From assembly GCA_944390895.1 (NCBI GenBank), contig CALXRQ010000002.1, positions 12,016 to 76,015 on the forward strand: a stretch of DNA of 64,000 bases, given 5' to 3'. The translations under genes were made by a program, and so were the position numbers. This DNA comes from an uncultured Alphaproteobacteria bacterium (GTDB lineage: Bacteria; Pseudomonadota; Alphaproteobacteria; RF32; CAG-239). Positions 37,988-46,736 of the stretch are shown one piece after another. The notes beneath the pieces are model-generated. The model had not been told where the DNA came from and did not search any database. It was given only the letters and a program-made list of their open reading frames with translations. How positions within the stretch are numbered: the first letter of the stretch is position 1; each line of letters begins with the position of its first letter.

Positions 37988-39724
37988 TTACCATTGCTTG
38001 TAAGGGTTGTTTCTCCTGCCGTTTATATTTCTGTTTTCATCCTTTGCCGCATTGTTGATTCTTATTGTCCTGATTATGAAAGAGTTGGGCTCTCTGGAGG
38101 TAAAGACGGTGTTTACCTTGGCATAGTCCACGCCTTCGCCGCCGAGAATGTTCTGCAGCAGGTTCAGCCGCCGTTGTTGCAGATACGGAGCGCTGGTTCC
38201 GTCAATCCTGATTTCCAGACCCGTCGATGGTTCTTCGACGGTCTTGTTGGCGAACGCTCTGATCCATTTCAGCGTCTGTCCCGAAATTTCGGCTCTGTTA
38301 GGCTGAAACGAAAGGCGTATTTCCGTCGGAAGAATTTGTTTGCTGGGCGTCCTCATGTTTTTTCTGCGGAATGCTGTAAACAAACTATCCTTGCGGTCGT
38401 CGTCCGATTCAACCTGATCCCCGATCAGCGGTATGTTTCCTCTGCTCCCCGAGAAAATGGAGGAAATACTGCTTAAAAGGGATTTCTTTTCTCCTCCGGC
38501 CGTTTGAGCGCCTTCTGCATTTTTTTCGTCAAGCCGCCGTTGCCGTTCTTCTTCCTGCCGGGCTTCCTTGGCGGCGAGTTCTTCTTCCGCAGATTTGTCC
38601 TTGGGCGACGATACCAGTTGAGGGGTGAGGTTTTCGTCGTTCAGAATATCCTCGGGGATCGGAATGAGAAGGTTTTTTACGGTGGCGGAGGCGAGATCGA
38701 CGCTGTTTTCCTTCCCTGCGGGAGGCGTGTCTCCCGTCAGAACTTTTTTGATTTCGTTATTGTCGTTTTTGTAGCTCTCGCTTTCCAGCACCATGCTGTT
38801 TTTAGGGTGCTTGGCGCCTCTGGCGACGGCCCAGGTGTTATCTTTTGCCCGTTTTTCGGCCATACTGGTCCAGTCGTCTTGCGGATTTTTGCTTTTTTCT
38901 TCTGCCTCCGGACTCTTACCGCTTTCAATCATGCTTTTGATCGGGATGTTGGCCGCATTCAGTGCAATTTGGTTAGACGGCGCTTTTTCGGCGATTTCTA
39001 TTTCTTTTTTGCCGGTGCGGATAATGCCGCGGTTTTTCTCCAGCGGAATAAGCGGTTCGGCTTTTTTCGGCTGCTGCGGGACGATTTCCTTACCGCTGTC
39101 CTGCTGTCTGTATTCCAGCGCGGCCAGGGCCAGAGGTTTGGAGGGCTCATGAACGGCCGGCTCCTTCTTTTCTGCGGACAAAGGCGCGGCTGTTGTTTCG
39201 GCTGGGGCGGAAATCGCGGGTGTCGCGGCATCCGTGCGGAGTTCCGCTTCGTCGACCGGCGGCGGCGATTTGATAATCTCGTCAAAGTTGACGGCGATTT
39301 TTTCGTGTCGTTCTTCGTCCGGCTTCAGGTTTTCGGACGGTTCCGAAATGTTTGAGGCTTCAAGGTTTTCCGGCAGTTGGAGGGGAATGGTGTTGGTTGC
39401 CGCAAGAACCTGTCCGGCGCCTTTTCCGCCGGTGGTTTCGCCGGCTGTCAGCGGAATTCGGTCTGCCTCGGGAACGCTGTCTGACCGAACCGGTTCCGGA
39501 ATGTCGGGAATGACGGACAAAACGATTTTTTTTGCCGGTGCCGGCACTGCGCCGGTCTCTGCCGATGTTCCGTTTCGCAGAAAAAGCGTGATGTTTTTGT
39601 TGGAAATTTTTATTTCGGGGTTTTTCGGTGTGAGGGTGCGCAGATAAGCGCTGTTTGCCCCAAAAATGGCAAACAGAGAAAAGACAAAGCTGTAAACAAA
39701 AGTTTTTAAACCTGCTTTTTCCAT
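37988..39724 (-). CDS. membrane-anchored, largely disordered Pro/Glu/Lys-rich protein; first gene of pilus operon
   Basis: A GAGGGG RBS precedes the ATG at 39724. The N-terminal TM is FVYSFVFSLFAIFGANSAYL. The C-terminal ~100 aa loosely resemble an OmpA_C-like fold (IRLSFQPNRAEISG...LEIRIDG...RRLNLLQNIL). Confidence 0.5.
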   Translation of the reverse strand: MEKAGLKTFVYSFVFSLFAIFGANSAYLRTLTPKNPEIKISNKNITLFLRNGTSAETGAVPAPAKKIVLSVIPDIPEPVRSDSVPEADRIPLTAGETTGGKGAGQVLAATNTIPLQLPENLEASNISEPSENLKPDEERHEKIAVNFDEIIKSPPPVDEAELRTDAATPAISAPAETTAAPLSAEKKEPAVHEPSKPLALAALEYRQQDSGKEIVPQQPKKAEPLIPLEKNRGIIRTGKKEIEIAEKAPSNQIALNAANIPIKSMIESGKSPEAEEKSKNPQDDWTSMAEKRAKDNTWAVARGAKHPKNSMVLESESYKNDNNEIKKVLTGDTPPAGKENSVDLASATVKNLLIPIPEDILNDENLTPQLVSSPKDKSAEEELAAKEARQEEERQRRLDEKNAEGAQTAGGEKKSLLSSISSIFSGSRGNIPLIGDQVESDDDRKDSLFTAFRRKNMRTPSKQILPTEIRLSFQPNRAEISGQTLKWIRAFANKTVEEPSTGLEIRIDGTSAPYLQQRRLNLLQNILGGEGVDYAKVNTVFTSREPNSFIIRTIRINNAAKDENRNINGRRNNPYKQW

Positions 39725-39739
39725 AAATAAACCCCTCAC

Positions 39740-40038
39740 AAACCTTGATAAATCAAAATGCGACTCTTGGCAAGCGCTTATAAAAATATGCCTGCAGGTT
39801 GTGGATTCTTTTAAATTAATATGTTGCGGTCGGGCGTAGCGGACGCAATCGGAAAAAAATAAAAAATTGTGGATTTACAAAAGCTAAACTGTGAATTTTT
39901 TGTTACAGGAAAAAAATGACAGTGTAAACAATATGTTAACTCTTTTGCGTTATAAGCAATAATGCTGGAAAAACATAAAAAAATTAGTTATTCTGAAAGA
40001 GTATAGAAAATTTGCTAAATTATTAAAGGAGAAAGATA
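39740..40038. promoter_or_regulatory. divergent control region between pilus operon and T4SS-like operon
   Basis: It is a 299-bp AT-rich spacer. TTGTGGATT is repeated at 39799 and 39867, with a TGTGAATT variant near 39891. There is an imperfect hairpin TTGCGGTC...GGACGCAA. Confidence 0.4.
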
Positions 40039-40410
40039 ATGCAATTCTTGAAGAAAAATATCTGGACCATTTGCTGCCTGACGCTTGTCGTGTTGCTTGG
40101 TTCGGTCGACAGCGCCTTTGCTCAGGCAAAAGCTCAAGACTTGATGGGTACGGCGCAGAGTAAAGCCGTTGCCGTATTTAAGTCGGTAAAAGCCATTATT
40201 TTCGTTGTCGGCGGTTTCGGTTTGGTGGCCTTGGCATTTATGGCCATTTTTGGTAAGCTGGACTGGAAAAAGTTTGCAATGCTGGCCGTCGGTTTGGCTA
40301 TTCTGGCCGCTGCCGGTGCTATCGTTGACTACTCTACCGGTGCCGGTACTGGTGGCGAGCTTGCCGATACCTTCGGTAAAGATTTAAGCTATGACGGTAC
40401 CAGAAGCTAA
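40039..40410 (+). CDS. VirB2/TrbC-family pilin, paralogue 1
   Basis: A signal peptide is followed by two hydrophobic helices separated by GKLDWKK (AIIFVVGGFGLVALAFMAIFGKLDWKKFAMLAVGLAILAAAGAIV). It lies upstream of virB3/virB4. Confidence 0.75.
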   Translation: MQFLKKNIWTICCLTLVVLLGSVDSAFAQAKAQDLMGTAQSKAVAVFKSVKAIIFVVGGFGLVALAFMAIFGKLDWKKFAMLAVGLAILAAAGAIVDYSTGAGTGGELADTFGKDLSYDGTRS

Positions 40411-40456
40411 TAATACCGTAATAATTTAGTGATAAAGTGCGAAAAGGAGGAGCATT

Positions 40457-40885
40457 ATGGAAAATTTAATCTTAAATATGACCGGTGCCCTCCTTTTTGC
40501 CTTTTTTGCGTCAAAGCTTTCGGCGGCGGAATATCGGATGCTGTGCGTAAGGGTAAAGAAATTTGTTTTGCTGGCGGTTTGTGCCGCGGCCTTTTCTTCA
40601 GTCTTATTTGCAGCGCCGGCCTATGCCGAGGATAAGGGCTTGTTTACGGATCTTATTCAAAAAGGTTCTCAAATATTTGTCGGCGTCCGCAATATCGTTT
40701 ATGTTGTTGCCGGTTTTGGCATCATCGGTGTTGCCGTCGGCGGATTTTTCGGCAATCTGAACTGGAAATGGCTGGGAGCGATTATTATCGGTCTGATGGT
40801 CATTGCCTTGACGACGGAAATTCTCCGCTTTGTTGCGGATGACAGTAGTTTCAGCATTGAGGCCAATGCCCAAAGCCAGCAATAG
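40457..40885 (+). CDS. VirB2/TrbC-family pilin, paralogue 2 (long leader)
   Basis: A strong AAGGAGGAG RBS is present. The core is VVAGFGIIGVAVGGFFGNLNWKWLGAIIIGLMVIALTTEI. Confidence 0.7.
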   Translation: MENLILNMTGALLFAFFASKLSAAEYRMLCVRVKKFVLLAVCAAAFSSVLFAAPAYAEDKGLFTDLIQKGSQIFVGVRNIVYVVAGFGIIGVAVGGFFGNLNWKWLGAIIIGLMVIALTTEILRFVADDSSFSIEANAQSQQ

Positions 40886-40894
40886 GAGGGCGCC

Positions 40895-41629
40895 ATGATA
40901 AAGTCTGTCAATTTATTTAAAATATTTTTTCTGACCGTGCTTTTTTGCAGTTTCGGCGCCGGAAACGCCGCTGCGGATGATGTCCTTGAGACCGTATATG
41001 AGCGTGCCGTAGACCTGATGGTTAACCTGAAGCCGGTGATCTTTATTCTGGCCGGTTTCGGTCTTGTAGGTTTTGCTTGGATGGCTATTTTTAACCAAAT
41101 CAGCTGGAAATGGTTTTCCAATATTGCCATCGGTCTGTTTCTGGTTGCCAATATGGGGCTGTTTGTTGATACGTTTACCGATTTGGGAAAAGGTACGGAA
41201 TCACACCTGAAGGCCAAATATAACGAACAATATAAAATTATATACGAAGATACGTTAAATCGTAACGGCAGCTATAAAGCGACTGAGGGTAGCAAAGAAG
41301 ATCCGTCCTCTCAGGAGGCCAAGGACAATACCGGAGCTGGAGGTCAGACCAGCAGCGATGAGTTGCAAAACTATAAACAGGGTGAAGGCGATGGTTCCGG
41401 AAGCGGACAGGGACCTCTGGCACCGGTGGATAATCCTGATAATGAAAAACAAGATTGCGCTGACGGAACCATTTGGAGTTCTGAGAAAAAAACCTGTATA
41501 TCCGTATTTGAGAACAATCCGGTTTCCGATTGGGCCAATGCAAATGCTCCGGGAACGAGCGATCCGATCAAGGAATGTGAGGCTAAGGGCGGACAGTGGA
41601 TTTATCCGACTAATTCTTGCAGTATTTAA
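40895..41629 (+). CDS. VirB2-like pilin fused to ~130-aa acidic/Gly-Ser-rich tail with two Cys loops
   Basis: The core is FILAGFGLVGFAWMAIFNQISWKWFSNIAIGLFLVANMGLF. The tail contains CADGTIWSSEKKTC and CEAKGGQWIYPTNSC. Confidence 0.7.
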   Translation: MIKSVNLFKIFFLTVLFCSFGAGNAAADDVLETVYERAVDLMVNLKPVIFILAGFGLVGFAWMAIFNQISWKWFSNIAIGLFLVANMGLFVDTFTDLGKGTESHLKAKYNEQYKIIYEDTLNRNGSYKATEGSKEDPSSQEAKDNTGAGGQTSSDELQNYKQGEGDGSGSGQGPLAPVDNPDNEKQDCADGTIWSSEKKTCISVFENNPVSDWANANAPGTSDPIKECEAKGGQWIYPTNSCSI

Positions 41630-41671
41630 TCGGATGATAAATTAAATTTTAACGCATTATTCATAAAAAAC

Positions 41672-41709
41672 GAGGTATACTTAATTTATAAAGTATGCCT
41701 CATTTTTTT
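41672..41709 (+). terminator. hairpin + T7 between pilin genes and virB3 (likely attenuating terminator)
   Basis: The stem is GAGGTATACTT/AAGTATGCCTC with one mismatch, followed by TTTTTTT. Confidence 0.6.
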
Positions 41710-41793
41710 GCTGTGTGGTAAAAGTCAGGTTTTTGTTGCATAAAAAATACAGGCGTCTATCATAAAAACAAACCGTTCAGAGGTTATGGCATT

Positions 41794-42084
41794 ATGAAAG
41801 AAATGGTCTTAAAAGCAGTGGCAAATCCTCCCAAGATTTTGTGGGGGCCCTTTTTGCCGGTTTTGCTCAACATCGGCTTGCAGTTTCCGCTGATGTTTAT
41901 GGCCATTGGCGTATTCAACATGAACCCGCTGTTTTTCTTGGTCAGTATTGTCATTGTCCATGTTTTTATCGTGTCGCTCGGCGTCAAGGAGCCTCATCTT
42001 TCGACGATGATTCAGGCTTTTGGTCAGACCCGCAAGCCGACTACCAATTTGTATAAGGTAAAGGGAGATAAATTTGCCCCGTGA
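41794..42084 (+). CDS. virB3: VirB3/TrbD-family protein
   Basis: It is 96 aa with two TM helices and an ..VKEPHLSTMI segment. It overlaps the virB4 start. Confidence 0.75.
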   Translation: MKEMVLKAVANPPKILWGPFLPVLLNIGLQFPLMFMAIGVFNMNPLFFLVSIVIVHVFIVSLGVKEPHLSTMIQAFGQTRKPTTNLYKVKGDKFAP

Positions 42085-44506
42085 TTTTGACTTTTTCAGC
42101 ATCTTTGTGCAAGGGCTGACAAATATAGAAGTTTTGGTTGCCGTCATCGGCTTCATCTCCGCGGCGGCCTTTGCCGGATTCTGGGCTACGAAATTCGGTC
42201 ATTTGATTCTGCCGCAGCCGAATGAATCCCGGGTTTCGGACTTTTTGCCTTTCAATAAGATTATGTCGGACGGTATTACCATTAAGTGCTACAACGGTTC
42301 CATGGTAAGAGTTTTCAAGGTTGAAGGTATTGACCTGTCTTTTGTAACCGAAGAAAAAGTCTTTTCAATGTATGAGGCCCGCAAGTCATGGATTGACGGC
42401 ATGTCGGATCTTCAGGTCGTCTGCCGGGTCATTACCCTGCGCGAGCGTATTCCTCTGGAAGAAGATGCCGGCGATTTCGGCAACCAGATTTTGGAACAGG
42501 TTTCGCAAACCTGGGCGCAGAATTTGGATCGCGTTTACAGCAACACACACTATATCGTGCTTTCGGTTCCTGATCGTCCCGAGGCGCTGAAAGATCTGAA
42601 CTATGCTTCGCAGGCGCTGCTGGCCACCTTGAACGACTACGGCGTCAAAACGCTTTACGAAACGGAAGACAGCCCGGCGGCGGACAGTCCGCTTTCGGTT
42701 TACGCCAAAATTTGCAGCCCTATATCCAAGCCTGCACCGAAAGTCCGCGGCGCCGAGGGCGCTATGCTTAACCAGATGCTGACGGCGGATCATATTCATT
42801 TTACGGGCGAAGAAGGACTTATCAAATTTTTCTCCGGAAACAGGGAAGTCTATGAAATCACCATGGGCATCCGCACTTCCGGCGATTATATGGACGAGGG
42901 TATGATTTCGTCTTTGCTGGCTATCGACTGCGAACTTAATCTGGTTCATAACATTAAACCCATTTTCAAACCGCATGCGCGCGCGCTTTTAATGCAGCAG
43001 CAGCGTATGGCGGCCATGACCAGTTTTTCCGGTGAGGTTGTCAATCAATATGCCGAAGCGCTGGCTTCCATTGAAGACAGCGACGCCGATTATCAGGCTT
43101 TGACCGAATATGCGCTTTCAATCGTTCTGCGCGGCGAAAGTCTGGAAGAAATTGAGTTCGGAGAAAGCGAAGTCCAGCGTATCTGCCGTCTGTTCAGCGT
43201 TACGCCGGTACGTGAAGGCTGGGTTGCCCAGGCCACATTTTTCAACCAGTTTCCGACTTATGAAACCTATCCCAGAACCTATCGTTATCTGTCCCGCGTT
43301 GTGGCAACGGCAATTTGTTTTGACAAACCTTCCGAAGGCTTTGGCAAAAGCGACTGGGGAAAGGGCGCCATCAGCGTTTTCCGTACTACCTCGGGATCGG
43401 CTTATCGTTTCCAGTTTCACGTTTCTCCCGAAGATGCCGCTGTTGCGCACTGCTGCATTATCGGACCTACCGGTCAGGGTAAAACGACTTTGCTGACCTT
43501 CCTTGCCGGACAGGCGATGCGCCACCGCGATTTGAAGGTGTTCTTCTTCGACCGTCACCGCGGTGCCGAAATCTTTACCCGTTCCATCGGCGGTGCCTAT
43601 ATCGGCTTTGACGGTGACGAAAAAAATGTCTCCATCAACCCCTTTGACTGTGCCAATACGCCTGACAACAGGGCTTTCCTGCGTCGCTGGATGAAGGCGA
43701 TTACCATGGTTGACGACGCTCAGTCGGAAAAGGAAATCGCGCGTGCCGTTACCACCGCGTTTGATTATCTGCGCCCCGAAGAGCGGATTATGAAAAACCT
43801 TTATAAAAGCTGTTTTTCTCCGACCGGAAATATGCGCCGCGAACTTTTCAAATGGGTTAATCCCGATCAGTACGGCAATATTTTCAATGCCGATACCGAC
43901 AGCCTTGACTTAAAGTCCAAACGCTTTATGGCTTTTGACTTCACGCATATTTTTGAAGACGAAACTCTGGCGCCGGCCGTCATCAGCTATATCATGCACC
44001 GCATTATGTCTGAAACCGGCGACAGCGGCGTTCCGTCTCTGATTATGATTGATGAAACCGCGCCGATGTTAAAACACCCGATGTTCCGTGATTATTTCAT
44101 CATCGGTTTGCAGGAAGGCCGTAAAAAACGTCAGGCTTATCTTTGCGCATTTCAACAGCCGAGCATCATTGACAAACTCGGCGTCGGCGAGGTTATCCGC
44201 GGACAATGCCAGACCGTTTTGTTTTTCCGCAACCCGCAGGGTATGCCGGAAGACTATGCTAACTGGAATCTGACCAAGAGCGAAACCGACTTCATTTTCG
44301 GTCGCAGTTATCGTGATTTTCCGTATGCCATTCTGTTGTCGCGTCCGGCTACCGGTGAATCGGTCATTTTGGATGTGGATTTAAGCGGTCTGGGCGTTTA
44401 CCTGAAGCTGTATAACTCCGGTCGTAAGAACGTATTGCTGGTAGAAGAGCTCATCAAGGAATATGGTGAAGACAAGTTTGTTACAAAATATTTAAATATT
44501 GCGTGA
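42074..44506 (+). CDS. virB4: VirB4/TrbE-family T4SS ATPase
   Basis: It is 810 aa. It has Walker A IIGPTGQGKTT and Walker B SLIMIDETAP, and the N-terminal domain follows the VirB4 pattern (DGITIKCYNGSMVRVFKVEGIDLSF). The start is a TTG with an AAGGGAGA RBS. Confidence 0.9.
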   Translation: MPRDFDFFSIFVQGLTNIEVLVAVIGFISAAAFAGFWATKFGHLILPQPNESRVSDFLPFNKIMSDGITIKCYNGSMVRVFKVEGIDLSFVTEEKVFSMYEARKSWIDGMSDLQVVCRVITLRERIPLEEDAGDFGNQILEQVSQTWAQNLDRVYSNTHYIVLSVPDRPEALKDLNYASQALLATLNDYGVKTLYETEDSPAADSPLSVYAKICSPISKPAPKVRGAEGAMLNQMLTADHIHFTGEEGLIKFFSGNREVYEITMGIRTSGDYMDEGMISSLLAIDCELNLVHNIKPIFKPHARALLMQQQRMAAMTSFSGEVVNQYAEALASIEDSDADYQALTEYALSIVLRGESLEEIEFGESEVQRICRLFSVTPVREGWVAQATFFNQFPTYETYPRTYRYLSRVVATAICFDKPSEGFGKSDWGKGAISVFRTTSGSAYRFQFHVSPEDAAVAHCCIIGPTGQGKTTLLTFLAGQAMRHRDLKVFFFDRHRGAEIFTRSIGGAYIGFDGDEKNVSINPFDCANTPDNRAFLRRWMKAITMVDDAQSEKEIARAVTTAFDYLRPEERIMKNLYKSCFSPTGNMRRELFKWVNPDQYGNIFNADTDSLDLKSKRFMAFDFTHIFEDETLAPAVISYIMHRIMSETGDSGVPSLIMIDETAPMLKHPMFRDYFIIGLQEGRKKRQAYLCAFQQPSIIDKLGVGEVIRGQCQTVLFFRNPQGMPEDYANWNLTKSETDFIFGRSYRDFPYAILLSRPATGESVILDVDLSGLGVYLKLYNSGRKNVLLVEELIKEYGEDKFVTKYLNIA

Positions 44507-44588
44507 TATGAGTGATTCACGTTTAATATAGTTGAATTTTTTGATATACTGAGAACAAGTATATATACGATTTTTGTGGAGGTGTAAT

Positions 44589-45629
44589 ATGTTGACGAAT
44601 AAAAAGATTTGGGCTGCGGCGGCCATTGCCTGCTTTTTAGTCGCGGCTCCGGCCAGAGCTCAGTTTATAGCATTTGCTCCGCAAGAAATCGCACAGGCTA
44701 TCAAACGTGCCGTTACCGATGTCAGCAATTCCAAAGTCATCGGCTTTGCCAAAAAGGCCGGCGAAGGGCTTCAGAGCGCCATGGGCAAGTTCAACGAAGC
44801 GATGAACGGTTTTATCAAGAACAATCTCGGCTGCCGTGTCAAACAGGTCAAGGCCGGAAAATGCAAGGTTGAGCAGAAGGCCAAAAAGGCCAAGTGCAGC
44901 AAATGGGCGCAGACGGCTTCCGCAGTCAAAAACAAAGTCAGCGAAGGTCAAAAACTTTACAAAGAAGCCAACCAGTTTATTTCCGACGCCAAAGCGCTGA
45001 TTGACGAAGGAACCTCCAAGCTTGAAGAAGGAAAGAAACTTGTCGAAGACAGCAAAAAGCTTCTTGAAGACGGCATGAGCAAGATAAAAGAAGGTCAGGA
45101 GTTGATAGAAGAAGCTGCCGCCAAGCCGAAGGAAGTTGCGTCTCTGATCAGCGAAGCCAACAGCCTGCGCAAAGAAGCCCAGGATTCTCTGGGGTCCCTG
45201 ACTTCGGGCATCGGCAAAGATACAATTGATAAAGCCAAGGCCGAGGCCGAAGACAAACAGAAAAAAGCCGAAGAACTTGAGAATAAGGCCAAACAGCTGC
45301 AAAAAGATATTGAAAATATCCAAAAAGAAGGTGAACAGCTGAAAAAAGACGGCGAAAAAATGTATGAAGAAGGCGAAAAGAAATATAAGCAGGGCGAACA
45401 GCTGACCAAAGATGCCCAGGCGTTGGTAGAAAAAGGCAAGGCGAAGAAATCCGAAGGCGAGGCGCTGTTGGCCGATGCCAAGAATTATGCCAGCAACATC
45501 GGCAAAGATACGCGCAGCGATGAAGATAAGACCTGCGACTATAATCCCGACGATGATGTCGACTGCGATGAGAAATATGGCGTTTACGAATGTAAACAGC
45601 AACTGAGCGGAGGTGCAAATGTATCGTAA
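44589..45629 (+). CDS. secreted Lys/Glu-rich coiled-coil protein with Cys-containing C-terminus
   Basis: A GGAGGTG RBS is present. The signal peptide ends ARA|QFIAFAP. There are internal E-G-x-K-L/K-E-G-E-Q-L heptad-like repeats, and the C-terminus is TCDYNPDDDVDCDEKYGVYEC. Confidence 0.6.
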   Translation: MLTNKKIWAAAAIACFLVAAPARAQFIAFAPQEIAQAIKRAVTDVSNSKVIGFAKKAGEGLQSAMGKFNEAMNGFIKNNLGCRVKQVKAGKCKVEQKAKKAKCSKWAQTASAVKNKVSEGQKLYKEANQFISDAKALIDEGTSKLEEGKKLVEDSKKLLEDGMSKIKEGQELIEEAAAKPKEVASLISEANSLRKEAQDSLGSLTSGIGKDTIDKAKAEAEDKQKKAEELENKAKQLQKDIENIQKEGEQLKKDGEKMYEEGEKKYKQGEQLTKDAQALVEKGKAKKSEGEALLADAKNYASNIGKDTRSDEDKTCDYNPDDDVDCDEKYGVYECKQQLSGGANVS

Positions 45630-46722
45630 ATTATCGTGTGTTTTATGTGCGGCTTTAACCTTGACGGCAGTTTCTGCGGTGCAGGCCGCGCCTGAAGCGG
45701 CAGATGACATTTCCGCCCGTCTGGAAAAGTTGTTGCGGGAACAGGAAAACCTTCGGCAGGAAAGCAAGGCGTTGCTGACGGATATCAGCGCTTTGGAAAA
45801 AGAACTTCCCGATACGCAGACGGCTCAGGAAGCCTTTGAAAAAAATCAGGCGGAAAAGATTGCCGCTGCCAAGGCCAGAAAAAAAGCCATGGATGAAAAA
45901 GTTGCGGACGCCAAACCCGAAGTTCGCGAACAGCCGGCCGTTCTGCCGAAATCTGCCGATGATGTGGATTTGTTCGGCGAAAATAAAAAAACCGCCGCCC
46001 CAGCTGAAAAGACGGTTCAGTCTCAACCTGTTCAAAAGTCGGACGAACCGGCGCTTTATCCGTTCCAGCGGCAGCCGGTTTACTCCGTTCCCGCCAATAC
46101 CAAAACGCCGCAGAAACGGGGGCGTCGCCCGTTTATTCGCAGCGAAATAATGCCGTCCGGAGAAGAAGTGTTTTATGCCCGTGTCCATACGCAGGACAAA
46201 TTGAGTTTTGCCAAAGAGGAAACCACGGCCTATGTCGGAACCACGGAACAGAACATTTACGTCTTTTCGGACAATATTGCCAACTATTGTCAGCTTTCGG
46301 CGGAAGATGCGGCAAAAAACAAAAATGCCAAAAAATGTCTGGATAAGATTATTGAACTGCAGTCCAGTTCCAAGCAGTCTGATAAGCGGATGGCTAAAGA
46401 ACTGGTTAACAGCAGTTTTATGGATGATAACCTCAACAGCTATGCCTTGGCCGTAGAACATAAGGTTACGGCTTCGGGTTTTGAGGAAAAGGTTTTGATA
46501 CCGTCTCAGGAGCAGTTCAGCAAATCGACAACCGAACGCGGCGATTTGCAGAACCTGACCCTGATGGCCATGGAACAGACCAAAACCGTAAACCGTCTGG
46601 TTGACGTTTATTCAACTTTGCTGAGTTTGGAATCTTTTAAGAATTTCAGCAACTTTGAGGTCAACAGCAAGGAGATTACGGATATTGAAGAGCAATACAA
46701 GGCTCAAAACAGTGACGACTGA
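45619..46722 (+). CDS. secreted hypothetical protein
   Basis: A GGAGGTG RBS precedes the ATG at 45619. The signal peptide is MYRKLSCVLCAALTLTAVSAVQA. The N-terminal half is charged. Confidence 0.6.
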   Translation: MYRKLSCVLCAALTLTAVSAVQAAPEAADDISARLEKLLREQENLRQESKALLTDISALEKELPDTQTAQEAFEKNQAEKIAAAKARKKAMDEKVADAKPEVREQPAVLPKSADDVDLFGENKKTAAPAEKTVQSQPVQKSDEPALYPFQRQPVYSVPANTKTPQKRGRRPFIRSEIMPSGEEVFYARVHTQDKLSFAKEETTAYVGTTEQNIYVFSDNIANYCQLSAEDAAKNKNAKKCLDKIIELQSSSKQSDKRMAKELVNSSFMDDNLNSYALAVEHKVTASGFEEKVLIPSQEQFSKSTTERGDLQNLTLMAMEQTKTVNRLVDVYSTLLSLESFKNFSNFEVNSKEITDIEEQYKAQNSDD

Positions 46723-46736
46723 GGGAGAATGGTATA

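Noticed and set aside
33155-39355. Plus-strand ORFs 33155..34039 and 38504..39355
   Set aside because: They are antisense to the K/E-rich pilus-operon genes, and their Phe-rich translations are typical of reverse-complemented Lys/Glu codons.
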